Of a DNA stretch of 20,970 nucleotides, positions 7,572 through 15,738 are shown piece by piece. Source of the stretch: Myxococcota bacterium (GTDB lineage: Bacteria; Myxococcota; JACRCW01). Where the stretch lies: contig JBFMGU010000187.1 in the NCBI GenBank assembly GCA_040752415.1, positions 1 to 20,970 of the forward strand. The letters are read 5' to 3'. A model generated the notes under the pieces. It was not told the DNA's origin. It was given only the letters and a program-made list of their open reading frames with translations, and ran no database searches. How positions within the stretch are numbered: position 1 is the first letter of the stretch; each line of letters begins with the position of its first letter. A program made the translations under genes and the position numbers.

Positions 7572-8393
7572 ATGCCGCGCAAGGTTGCCGGCCACGGCAT
7601 TGGCCTCCGCCGCCCCTACTACGACGAGGTCCTGCACACGTCCCGCCGCGTGGACTGGATGGAGATCACGCCGGAGAACTGGCTGAGACGAGGTGGCGAA
7701 CGCGCCCGCCAGCTGGCCGCCGCCGCGGAGCGCTTTGCACTGGTGCCGCACAGCGTCTCGCTCTCCATTGGCGGGCCGGACCCGCTGGAGGACTCGTTCC
7801 TCGACGAGATCAACGCGCTCTGCAAGCTCACCGACCCGCCGTTCTGGTCGGACCACCTCTGCTACTCCTCGGCGCACGGCATCCACTTCCATGACCTGCT
7901 GCCCCTGCCCTTCACGCGTGAGGCGGTGCGTCACACCGTGCAGCGCATTGAGCAGGTGAAGCGCAGGGTGGACCGCCCGTTCCTGCTGGAGAACGCCACC
8001 TTCTACGCGTTCATGCCGGGCGCGGAGATGGATGAGGCCACGTTCATGACGGAGATCCTGGAGCAAGCGGACTGCGGCATGCTCCTCGACGTCAACAACG
8101 TCTACGTGAACTCGGTGAACCACGGCTTTGACGCGCTCAGGTTCATTGACGCGTTGCCGCTCAAGCGCGTGGCCTACGTGCACATGGCGGGGCACACGAA
8201 GAAGCAGGACGTCATCATCGACACGCACATTGGTCCCATCATCGAGCCGGTGTGGCAGCTCTACGCGGAGGTGATGAAGCGGCTGGGGCCGGTGCCGGTG
8301 ATGGTGGAATGGGATGACGAGATTCCCGGCCTGGACGCGGTGCTGGATGAGGCCGACCGCGCCCGGGAGATCACCACCAGGGTGTGCGCATGA
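7572..8393 (+). CDS. DUF692-family multinuclear non-heme iron-dependent oxidative enzyme (MNIO; HvfB/BufB/MbnB family)
   Basis: Family motifs GIGLR, EITPENW, HSVSLSIG, WSDHL, HDLLPLP, LLEN, LLDVNNVYVN, HMAGH, IDTH and VEWD. GAGGGA SD. Confidence 0.95.
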   Translation: MPRKVAGHGIGLRRPYYDEVLHTSRRVDWMEITPENWLRRGGERARQLAAAAERFALVPHSVSLSIGGPDPLEDSFLDEINALCKLTDPPFWSDHLCYSSAHGIHFHDLLPLPFTREAVRHTVQRIEQVKRRVDRPFLLENATFYAFMPGAEMDEATFMTEILEQADCGMLLDVNNVYVNSVNHGFDALRFIDALPLKRVAYVHMAGHTKKQDVIIDTHIGPIIEPVWQLYAEVMKRLGPVPVMVEWDDEIPGLDAVLDEADRAREITTRVCA

Positions 8394-9103
8394 AGCTCCG
8401 TGAGTTCTACGACGTCATGGGCCCGTATCTGGCCGGCCAGCGGACGCTGGAGGAGACCGCGCGGGCCCTGGGTGACGACATCAACGTGGCGCGCCTGGGC
8501 ATCTACGGACGTTTCTGCCAGCTCCACCGTGAGGGCATCCTGGACACGCTCTTCCCGCTCACCCGCGCCGCCGCGGGGAACGCGTTGTGGGAGGAGCTGG
8601 GGCGCGCCTTCTTCCAGGCACATCCCACGCGCGACTGGGAGCTGAACGCCAACGCGGAGCGCTTCCCGGAATTCCTCGCGTCACGACGAGAACGCGACCC
8701 GCGCATCACCGCGTGGCTCCCGGACCTGGCGGACCTGGAGTGGTGGGAGTGGGCCAGCTACGTCGCGCAGGAGGCGGACCCGGAGCCCGCGCGCAAGCAC
8801 CAGGTGAATCCCACGCTGGCGCTGCGACAGTACGCGCACGACGTGGTGACCTACGCGGATGACGACGAGCGCACCGGCGCTCCGGCGGCCCAGCCCACGT
8901 TCGCCGCGTTCTGGCGTGATGCGCGACTGCAACCGTGTCGCCGGCGTCTGGGCGGTGCGGAGCTGGGTGTCATCAAGGCGGTGATGGAGGACGTGGCGCT
9001 GAAGCACGCGGCCGCGGCCATGGGCGTGGAGGAGAAGCTGTTGCGCAGCGCGCGGGAGGGGCTGTGTCGCGCGGGTATCATCCTCCGCCCGACGAGGAAA
9101 TGA
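8390..9103 (+). CDS. DUF2063-family MNIO partner (HvfC/BufC-like, RiPP-recognition)
   Basis: ATGA overlap with the DUF692 stop. Pattern RLGIY...LDTLFP...W..L.R.FF..HP...W.LN...FPEFL...WL.DLA.LEW. Confidence 0.85.
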   Translation: MKLREFYDVMGPYLAGQRTLEETARALGDDINVARLGIYGRFCQLHREGILDTLFPLTRAAAGNALWEELGRAFFQAHPTRDWELNANAERFPEFLASRRERDPRITAWLPDLADLEWWEWASYVAQEADPEPARKHQVNPTLALRQYAHDVVTYADDDERTGAPAAQPTFAAFWRDARLQPCRRRLGGAELGVIKAVMEDVALKHAAAAMGVEEKLLRSAREGLCRAGIILRPTRK

Positions 9104-9109
9104 GCGGAA

Positions 9110-9149
9110 GCAGAAACGCCCACGCCAGCCTGGTGCCGACGTGGGCGTT
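9110..9149 (-). terminator. Hairpin between convergent genes; probable terminator for ppiD (possibly bidirectional)
   Basis: On the minus strand AACGCCCACGTCGGC-ACCAG-GCTGGCGTGGGCGTT forms a 15-bp stem with two G:U pairs and a short TTTCT tail. Confidence 0.6.
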
Positions 9150-9170
9150 GTCCTTCACACCGCGAGAGGA

Positions 9171-10748
9171 TCAGAAGTCCTGCATCGGGTTCGGGCTGGA
9201 GCTCTGCGCCACGTCGTAGCGGATGACTTCCGGCTCAATGACCACCTTGGCGGAGCGCGTGTCATTGCGACGCTCCTTGATGAAGTCCTGCACCACGCGG
9301 TTGCGCTTCTGCATCTTCAGGCCGTCTTCGATGCTGGCGCGCTCCTCCTCGAACTTCGCCTCGTCAGGCTTCTCCCGCTCCTTGACGTTGACCACGTAGA
9401 AGCGGTCGTTCACCTCGAACACCTTGTCCAGCATGCCGGGCTTCTCGGCGGCGAACACGGCGTTCACCACGTCGGGGGCCACGCCCAGGCGCGGGATGTA
9501 CTTGGTGCCCTTGTTGAACCAGCCGGTGGCCTCCGCCTTGGGAGCCAGCGGGTCGGCGGTCTGTCCCTCGGCGGGCGCGGGCAGCAGCTCGGTCAGCGTC
9601 TTGCCGGCCTTGGCGTCGGCCAGGAGCTTGTCGGCGAAGGCGCGCGCGGACTGCTTGGTGGCACGCTCCTCCCACACCAGCTTGGCCACCTCCTCCTGCA
9701 CGTCCTTCAGCTCGCGCTTGGTGGCCTCCTTCACCTCCTCCACCTTGATGACGTGGAAGCCAAAGCGGCTGCGGATCACGTTGCCCACCTCGCCCGGCTT
9801 GAGACGGTTGGCCTCGTCCTCGAACGGCTTCACCCACACGCCGGGGCCCTGCAGGCCCAGGTCACCGCCGTTGGCGGCGCTGCCATCCTCGCTCACCTCG
9901 CGCGCCACCTTGGCAAAATCCTCACCGCCGTCGACGCGCTTCTTGGCCGCTTCAATCTTCTCCTTGGCCTTCTGAACGTCGGCGTCGGGGGCGTTCTCCG
10001 GCACCTTGGCCAGGATGTGGCGCGCACGGACCCGCCGCGGCTCGTTGTAACGGGAGGCGTGCTTGTTGAAGTACTCCTCCAGCGCCTTCTGGTCCTCGGC
10101 AATCAGCTTCTGGATGGCCGCCGGGTCCGCCTTGAGCTCCTCGCGGTAGAACGCCGGGTCCACCTTCACGAACTCGATGTCCGCGCGGTTGTTGCGGCTC
10201 TCCCACTGCTCCTTCACCTCGGCGGGGCTGACCACGGCCAGATCCTCCAGCGCCTGGCGCATCTTCCGGGACAGCAGCGTGCGGCTGTAGTCCTCCTCGA
10301 ACTTCGCCTCGGAGAGGTTCTGGAAGCGCGCGTACTGGGAGTACTTCTGGCGGTCGAACTTCCCGTCGGTCTGGAAGAACGGGATCTTCTTGATCTCCTC
10401 GCGCAGCTCCTCCGGCGTCACCACCAGCCCCCGCGCCTCCGCCTCCTGCGCCAGCAGCTCCTCGCCAATCATCTGCTCCAGCACGGTGGACTTCAGTCCC
10501 TCCGCCTTGGCCTGCTCGACGGTGTAGCCGGGCCGGAACTGGGCCATGTTCGCAAACGTGGCGGCGTACTGACGGGTGAATTCCGCCTCACTGATGACGC
10601 GTCCGTTGACCGTGGCGGCCCGGGGCGTACGACCGCCGCACTGGGACACGGAGCCCGGTCCGAAGTTCAGCGCGAACACCACGATGATGGCGCCGAAGAC
10701 GAGAATGGTGAGGCCTTGGTTGGCGGTATTGCGCATGCCTTCAAGCAT
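9171..10748 (-). CDS. ppiD: PpiD-type membrane-anchored chaperone / parvulin peptidyl-prolyl isomerase (SurA N-terminal domain), ~525 aa
   Basis: MLEGMR start with GGAGG SD, one N-terminal TM helix and AATVNGRVIS. FQTDGKFD...Y segment, then rotamase motifs VRARHIL, GEDFAKVAREVSED, NGGDLG, VKPFED and RSRFGFHVIKV. Confidence 0.88.
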   Translation of the reverse strand: MLEGMRNTANQGLTILVFGAIIVVFALNFGPGSVSQCGGRTPRAATVNGRVISEAEFTRQYAATFANMAQFRPGYTVEQAKAEGLKSTVLEQMIGEELLAQEAEARGLVVTPEELREEIKKIPFFQTDGKFDRQKYSQYARFQNLSEAKFEEDYSRTLLSRKMRQALEDLAVVSPAEVKEQWESRNNRADIEFVKVDPAFYREELKADPAAIQKLIAEDQKALEEYFNKHASRYNEPRRVRARHILAKVPENAPDADVQKAKEKIEAAKKRVDGGEDFAKVAREVSEDGSAANGGDLGLQGPGVWVKPFEDEANRLKPGEVGNVIRSRFGFHVIKVEEVKEATKRELKDVQEEVAKLVWEERATKQSARAFADKLLADAKAGKTLTELLPAPAEGQTADPLAPKAEATGWFNKGTKYIPRLGVAPDVVNAVFAAEKPGMLDKVFEVNDRFYVVNVKEREKPDEAKFEEERASIEDGLKMQKRNRVVQDFIKERRNDTRSAKVVIEPEVIRYDVAQSSSPNPMQDF

Positions 10749-10929
10749 GTCTTTCCTCCAGGAGCCCCCACGACACGACACCTCGGCCATGGAGGGGGGG
10801 CGCAACCTACTCAAGGTCGCCCCACCTGTCAGCTGCCCGAGCGGACGTCAACACCCGGAGGCCGCCCCCGCTGACCCCCCAGCTCCGCCCACGGCGTCAA
10901 ATCCGCGCCGGGGAAACTTCTCGGTTTCG

Positions 10930-12762
10930 CTATTCGCCGTCGGCGTCGTCGCCGCCCACCAGCTGCTGGAGCCCCTGCTGGGCCAGCCGGCGGACCTCGG
11001 CGTTGCTGTCCTTGGACGCGTGGAACAGCGCGCGCCGGAACCCCCGCTCCGAGAGCGCCACCATGGCCCAGACCGCCAGTGCCCGCACGTCCTCATCCTC
11101 GGAGCGGCTGTCCTCGATGAGTCGACGCGCCACGCGCTCCCGGCCACGACGGTCGGGCGCGTTGCGGAAACGCTCGACGAGATCCTCGTAGAACGCCTTG
11201 AGGTGGTCGGTGGCGCTCATGCCCTTGCCGTCGGTGACGGCCACGTGCTGCTCGGTGAAGGGCTTGCGGGAGCGCTCGTCACCGAGATCCCGGGACAGGG
11301 ACGCGGCGCGCGGCAACGGCTGCTCCGGGCTGGTGACGTTGACCTCGTGCTCGGAGAGGACCGCGGTCTCCAGCGCCCCCTCGAACGGCTGGGTCATCAC
11401 CGGATCCTCGAACACCTCCGACGACGGCCGCGGTGGCGGGCTGGGCCGAGTGACCGCGGGCGCGGGGTACGGCTTGGTGGCGCGCGCGTTCTCTGACGGA
11501 GCGGCTGGTGGAGGTGGCGGCGGTGGTGGCGGAGGCGGTGGCTCCGGCGGCGGGGCGATCTGCGCCTGCACCGGTCGTGGTGGCGGCGGACGGCTGGCGC
11601 GCGCGGGTGGCGGACGGCTCTGGCCCGGACCGGCGGGTGCACGGGAGAGGTTCAGCCCGTCGAGGGCGGAGACGTCCAGGTGCGGGATCTCGTCGTGGAT
11701 CTTGGCGGCCAGCGTGCTGCCCTCACGCTTGGCGTCCTTCAGCAATTCCTCGACGGAGCGCGGCAGGCTGGTGCTGGCGGAGAGCACGTGCAGCGTCACG
11801 TCCGCGCCCTTGGTGACGTAGAGGCCGGGGTACACCGCGCCACCGCGCGTGCGCTCCTTGAGCAGACGCTCCATCTCGTCAAACGCGCTGGCGCGGGTGT
11901 CCTTGAGCACGCTCTCCGGCGCCACCAGCACCACCGCCAGCAGGCTCACCTTCTCCACCGGCATGCCCGTGGAGAACACGTCGCCGCCGTCCACCGCGTG
12001 CAGGACCTGGTTCACCAGCTCGTCGGCGGTGAGGCTGACGTCGGTGAGCGTGTGTTGGCTGGGCACCACCACGCCGCCGCTGAGGAGCACCTTGCGGAAA
12101 TCCTCGCCGTCAAAGCTGCGCACGCTGCGCAGGTCGGTGCGGCTGTTGAGGCGGTTCAGCTCGTCGATGGCGTTGACGATGTGCGCGTTGGCGTGACGGT
12201 AGTAGCTGAGCACGTCCAGCGAGGGATACAGCTCCGCCACGCGCTGGTTGTCCACCAGCATGCGCGCGTGGATGGGCACGTCGACGAGCGACTCCGCGGC
12301 CTTCACCGCGTTGACCTTCACCAGCCCGCTCTCGGAGTTGGAGGGCAGCGTGCACAGCGCCGCGCGCGGGATGCCCGTGCCTTCCAGCACGCGCGCCAGC
12401 TCGCTCACCGCGCTGCCGGTGCCGCCGCCCAGCCCCGCGCACAGGATGACCAGGTCATGCCCGGCAAAGCGTGAGCCCACCTCCTGCACCAGCATCTCGG
12501 CGTGCTCGGCCACGCAGGCGCGACCGTAGTCGGGATCCTTGCCGGCGCCGTCGGTGCCATCCAGGCCCACGTAGACGCGCGCGTCCTCCGGCAGGCCGAA
12601 CTCACTGCCACCCAGGGAGCGCAGGTCGGTGCTGGCCGTGTTGACCGCCATGGCGCGGTAGCCACGTCGGGAGAACTCCACGGCCAGGTTGCCACCGGCT
12701 TGACCGAGGCCCACCACGCCCATGCGCAGGGAGAATTTGTCGGATCTGGCCGGGGCGGGCAC
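10930..12762 (-). CDS. Divergent tubulin/FtsZ-superfamily GTPase with poly-proline linker and C-terminal HEAT-like repeat domain (610 aa)
   Basis: T1 VVGLGQAGGNLA (12688-12711), T2 AVNTASTDL, T3 GAGKDPDYG, T4 AGLGGGTGS (12412-12429), T5 TLPSNSE, T6 LVDNQR and T7 SFDGEDF (12097-12117). Then 12 consecutive Pro and HEAT-like EDEDVRALAVWAM / DSNAEVRRLAQQGL. GAGGA SD before GTG 12762. Confidence 0.9.
   Translation of the reverse strand: MPAPARSDKFSLRMGVVGLGQAGGNLAVEFSRRGYRAMAVNTASTDLRSLGGSEFGLPEDARVYVGLDGTDGAGKDPDYGRACVAEHAEMLVQEVGSRFAGHDLVILCAGLGGGTGSAVSELARVLEGTGIPRAALCTLPSNSESGLVKVNAVKAAESLVDVPIHARMLVDNQRVAELYPSLDVLSYYRHANAHIVNAIDELNRLNSRTDLRSVRSFDGEDFRKVLLSGGVVVPSQHTLTDVSLTADELVNQVLHAVDGGDVFSTGMPVEKVSLLAVVLVAPESVLKDTRASAFDEMERLLKERTRGGAVYPGLYVTKGADVTLHVLSASTSLPRSVEELLKDAKREGSTLAAKIHDEIPHLDVSALDGLNLSRAPAGPGQSRPPPARASRPPPPRPVQAQIAPPPEPPPPPPPPPPPPAAPSENARATKPYPAPAVTRPSPPPRPSSEVFEDPVMTQPFEGALETAVLSEHEVNVTSPEQPLPRAASLSRDLGDERSRKPFTEQHVAVTDGKGMSATDHLKAFYEDLVERFRNAPDRRGRERVARRLIEDSRSEDEDVRALAVWAMVALSERGFRRALFHASKDSNAEVRRLAQQGLQQLVGGDDADGE
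11506..11541 (-). repeat. Poly-proline tract (12 consecutive CCN codons)
   Basis: TGGTGGAGGTGGCGGCGGTGGTGGCGGAGGCGGTGG on the plus strand, with mixed synonymous codons. Confidence 0.9.
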
Positions 12763-12864
12763 CGCGTGATGTCCTCAGGAGGGGCCCCTCACACGTCGTC
12801 AGGGACCGGAGCGCCACCCACTCTAGTGCCGGCGCCCCACCCGGCGCGAACTTTCGTCCAACCC

Positions 12865-13149
12865 TCAGCCGCCCACGCCCGCGCCGTGCCGCCGCGCCGG
12901 TGCGCCAAACGCCGCCTGCAGCAGCGCCGTCCCCCGCAGCTCCACGTCGGACTCCACCGGGATCTGCGACTGCTGCCGCCCACCCAACGCCTCCGCCAGG
13001 AGCGCCTGCCGCTGCTCCGCCGTCAGCCCGGGCAGGGACGCCACGTGGCGCTGCACGTCCGCCACCATGAGCTCCCGCAGCAGATCCGGAGAGTGTGCGC
13101 CACCGCCCGGCACCGCGCGCATGGCATCCAGCACGTTGGTCTTGGACAT
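12865..13149 (-). CDS. Small hypothetical protein (~94 aa) upstream of the tubulin-like gene
   Basis: Co-oriented ORF filling the gap between panC and the GTPase. GGGAG/AGGA upstream of ATG 13149 and a helical-looking sequence (PDLLRELMVADVQRHVASLPGLTAEQRQALLAEAL). No family recognised. Confidence 0.5.
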   Translation of the reverse strand: MSKTNVLDAMRAVPGGGAHSPDLLRELMVADVQRHVASLPGLTAEQRQALLAEALGGRQQSQIPVESDVELRGTALLQAAFGAPARRHGAGVGG

Positions 13150-13260
13150 TTCCTGCCACTCCCAGAGGGCCACCGGCTCGTCGCCATACCCATGTAAGAG
13201 GGAGGCGCACCTTGCCTGACACCATGTGGGATGTCTACGGAATTCGACCGACGCGACGCG

Positions 13261-14268
13261 TCACATTTCCGGGCCCAACGGTCCGTTGTCGATGAGACGC
13301 ACGTTGCCCAGGTGGGCGGCGATCAGCACGCGCGCGGGCCGGTCGACGTCGCGCAGCGGCGTGAGCGAGCTGGCGTCGACGATCTCCACGTACTGCAGCT
13401 TCACGCCGCGCGCGGTCTTGATTTCATCGATCACGGCGCGGTTGATCACCGCCACGTCGTAGACGCCCTGCGCGTAAACCTCCTGCGCGCGGGCAATGGC
13501 GCGGGAGAGGACGCTGGCCTGCTCACGGTCTCGCGGGGTGAGGTTCAGGTTGCGGCTGCTCATGGCCAGCCCGTCGGGCTCACGGATGATCGGCCCGCCC
13601 ACCACCTCCACGGGGTGGTTGAGGTCCCGCACCATGCGACGGATCACCTGCAGCTGCTGCCAGTCCTTCTCGCCGAAGATGGCCACCTGCGGCTGGACGA
13701 CGTGGAAGAGCTTGAGGACCACCGTGGCCACGCCGCTGAAGTGCCCGGGACGGTACCTCCCGCACGCGCCCTGGGTGATGGCGCCCAGGCTCACCTGGGT
13801 CTGGAATCCCTCGGGGTACATCTCGTGCGCGTCGGGCATGAACACCACGTCCACGCCGGCGGCCTGGCACTTCATGAGGTCACCACGCTTGTCGCGTGGG
13901 TAGACCTCGTAATCCTCACCGGGGCCGAACTGCGTGGGATTGACGAAGATGGTGAGCACCACCACGTCCGCGCGCTTGCGCGCCTCCTCGACGAGTGAGA
14001 GGTGCCCCTGGTGCAGCGCGCCCATGGTGGGAACCACCGCCACGGTGGCGCCGCGCTGTCGCAACGCCAGGGACGCCGCCTGCATCAGCGCCACGCTTTC
14101 AATGACCTTGGGTGCCTTGCCGCCGGGGACGCCCTGCACCAGCGCCTCACCCTTCTTCACCTCCTGCGCGGAGACGCCGGGCAGCAGCGGGACCTTCTGG
14201 ACCTTGGGGGCCTTGGGGGCCTTGGCGCCCTTGGGCGCGGCCTTGGGACGGGTGGCGTTCTTGACCAT
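13261..14268 (-). CDS. panC: Pantoate--beta-alanine ligase (pantothenate synthetase) with N-terminal K/A/P-rich extension
   Basis: Motifs VPTMGALHQGHLSL, IFVNPTQF, RPGHFSGVATVVLKLF, FGEKDWQQ, REPDGLAMSSRN and VRLIDN. Confidence 0.97.
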   Translation of the reverse strand: MVKNATRPKAAPKGAKAPKAPKVQKVPLLPGVSAQEVKKGEALVQGVPGGKAPKVIESVALMQAASLALRQRGATVAVVPTMGALHQGHLSLVEEARKRADVVVLTIFVNPTQFGPGEDYEVYPRDKRGDLMKCQAAGVDVVFMPDAHEMYPEGFQTQVSLGAITQGACGRYRPGHFSGVATVVLKLFHVVQPQVAIFGEKDWQQLQVIRRMVRDLNHPVEVVGGPIIREPDGLAMSSRNLNLTPRDREQASVLSRAIARAQEVYAQGVYDVAVINRAVIDEIKTARGVKLQYVEIVDASSLTPLRDVDRPARVLIAAHLGNVRLIDNGPLGPEM

Positions 14269-14276
14269 GGCCCGGG

Positions 14277-14305
14277 AGCATAGTCGGTGGCGCGCGGCGG
14301 GTCAG
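14277..14305 (-). promoter_or_regulatory. Putative sigma70-type promoter for panC (CTGACC-N17-TATGCT)
   Basis: -35 at 14305-14300 and -10 at 14282-14277 with an exact 17-nt spacer. The -10 box ends 8 nt before ATG 14268, and no SD is present. Confidence 0.5.
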
Positions 14306-14357
14306 AAAGTTGTGAGCGCTTGATGACGGCTCCCCCTCCCCGCTACGGGACCATCTC

Positions 14358-15614
14358 ATGGCCTCCGTGACCTTTCCCCCCGTCGAAGAGCAGTTGTCCA
14401 CGTTGTTGCGCGGTGTGGTGGACGTCCACGTCAAGAGTGAGCTGGAGAGCAAGCTGACGCGCAGCCGTGAGCAGGGCCGGCCGCTGAACATCAAGGTCGG
14501 CTTTGACCCCACGGCCCCCGACCTCCACCTCGGCCACACCGTGGTCATGCACAAGATGCGACAGTGGCAGCGCCTGGGCCACAGGGTCACGTTCCTCATC
14601 GGCGACTTCACCGCGCTGATCGGCGACCCCACCGGCCGCTCCGCCACGCGCCCGCCCCTGACGCGCGAGGAGATTGCCAAGAACGCGGAGACCTACAAGG
14701 CGCAGGTGTTCAAGATCCTCGACGCCGAGAGGACGGTGGTGCGCTTCAACAGCGAGTGGCTGGGCAAGCTCTCCTTCGAGGACATCATCCGCCTGGCCAG
14801 CAACGTCACGGTGGCGCAGCTTTTGGAGCGCGAGGACTTCAAGACGCGCATGGCGGAGCGCAAGCCGCTCTCCCTGCACGAGATCCTCTACCCGCTCAGC
14901 CAAGCGTATGATTCCGTGGCGCTGGAAGCCGACGTGGAGATGGGCGGCAGCGACCAGCTGTTCAATCTCATGATGGGTCGGGATCTCATGCGTGCGCGTG
15001 GGATGGAGCCGCAGTGCATCCTCACCATGCCCATCCTGGAAGGCACCGACGCCGAGCCGGGCGGCCGCAAGATGAGCAAGAGCTACGGCAACTACGTGGG
15101 CGTGAACGAGCCGCCCGACACGCAGGTGCTGAAGCTCATGGGCATCAATGACGCGCTGATGTGGCGCTACTACGACCTGCTCAGCGACCTCAGCACCGAC
15201 GAGATTGCCGCCAAGCGTCGCGACGTGGAAGCGGGACGCGTGTCTCCGCGTGATGCCAAGGCCGCGTTGGCCATGGAGATCGTGACGCGGTTCCACGGAA
15301 CCGACGCGGCGTCGCAGGCGTGGCAGAGCTACGAGAAGCTCGCCAGCGGAGAGTCCCTCCCCGACGACGCGCCGCTCAAGACCGTCAAGCTTGAGGGCGA
15401 GACGATTGCCGCGAGCCAGCTGGCCGTGGAGCTGGGCTTTGCCAAGAGCCGACGGGAGGCGGGAGAGCGCATCAAGCAGGGCGCGCTGCGGCACCGTCCG
15501 CGCGGCGGCGCGTGGCAGACCGCCGGTGAGCGCGACGCCATCACGCTGAAGCCGGGCGACGAGCTGGAAGTGCGTTACGGGAAGCGGGACTACGCGCGCG
15601 TCCGTCGGGCGTGA
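14358..15614 (+). CDS. tyrS: Tyrosine--tRNA ligase
   Basis: KVGFDPTAPDLHLGH (HIGH), IGDFTALIGDPTG, YPLSQAYDSV, GGSDQLFN, KMSKSYGN and a C-terminal S4-like domain. Confidence 0.97.
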   Translation: MASVTFPPVEEQLSTLLRGVVDVHVKSELESKLTRSREQGRPLNIKVGFDPTAPDLHLGHTVVMHKMRQWQRLGHRVTFLIGDFTALIGDPTGRSATRPPLTREEIAKNAETYKAQVFKILDAERTVVRFNSEWLGKLSFEDIIRLASNVTVAQLLEREDFKTRMAERKPLSLHEILYPLSQAYDSVALEADVEMGGSDQLFNLMMGRDLMRARGMEPQCILTMPILEGTDAEPGGRKMSKSYGNYVGVNEPPDTQVLKLMGINDALMWRYYDLLSDLSTDEIAAKRRDVEAGRVSPRDAKAALAMEIVTRFHGTDAASQAWQSYEKLASGESLPDDAPLKTVKLEGETIAASQLAVELGFAKSRREAGERIKQGALRHRPRGGAWQTAGERDAITLKPGDELEVRYGKRDYARVRRA

Positions 15615-15643
15615 CGCACACAGGGTGTCAGGGAATTCAAGAA

Positions 15644-15719
15644 AAGGGAGTCAGGAGTCAGAAGACGTACGCGACGACGAGCGGTCAGCGCCTTCTGACT
15701 TCTGTATTCTGACTTCCTT
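15644..15719. repeat. Inverted heptamer-repeat hairpin between convergent genes (possible terminator)
   Basis: AAGGGAGTCAGGAGTCAGAAG (15644-15664) faces CTTCTGACTTCTGTATTCTGACTTCCTT (15692-15719). The 7-nt units GGAGTCA and TTCTGAC pair with G:U wobbles on the plus strand. Confidence 0.6.
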
Positions 15720-15738
15720 GGGGACCTCCCGGCCCCGA

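Noticed and set aside
9141..10874. 577-aa plus-strand ORF and similar long antisense ORFs (5898-7169, 14343-15494, 15802-17037, 18385-19296)
   Set aside because: Shadows of well-supported opposite-strand genes.
10930..12762. Calling this gene ftsZ or tubZ
   Set aside because: No dcw context, atypical T1/T7 loops and no FtsZ C-terminal peptide. There are also no iterons, plasmid or phage genes to support tubZ.
12779..12790. Palindrome GAGGGGCCCCTC upstream of the GTPase as a centromere/operator
   Set aside because: Single, short and GC-rich, so expected by chance at this composition.
14269..14357. T-box riboswitch upstream of tyrS
   Set aside because: Only 89 bp of divergent intergenic space and no T-box consensus.
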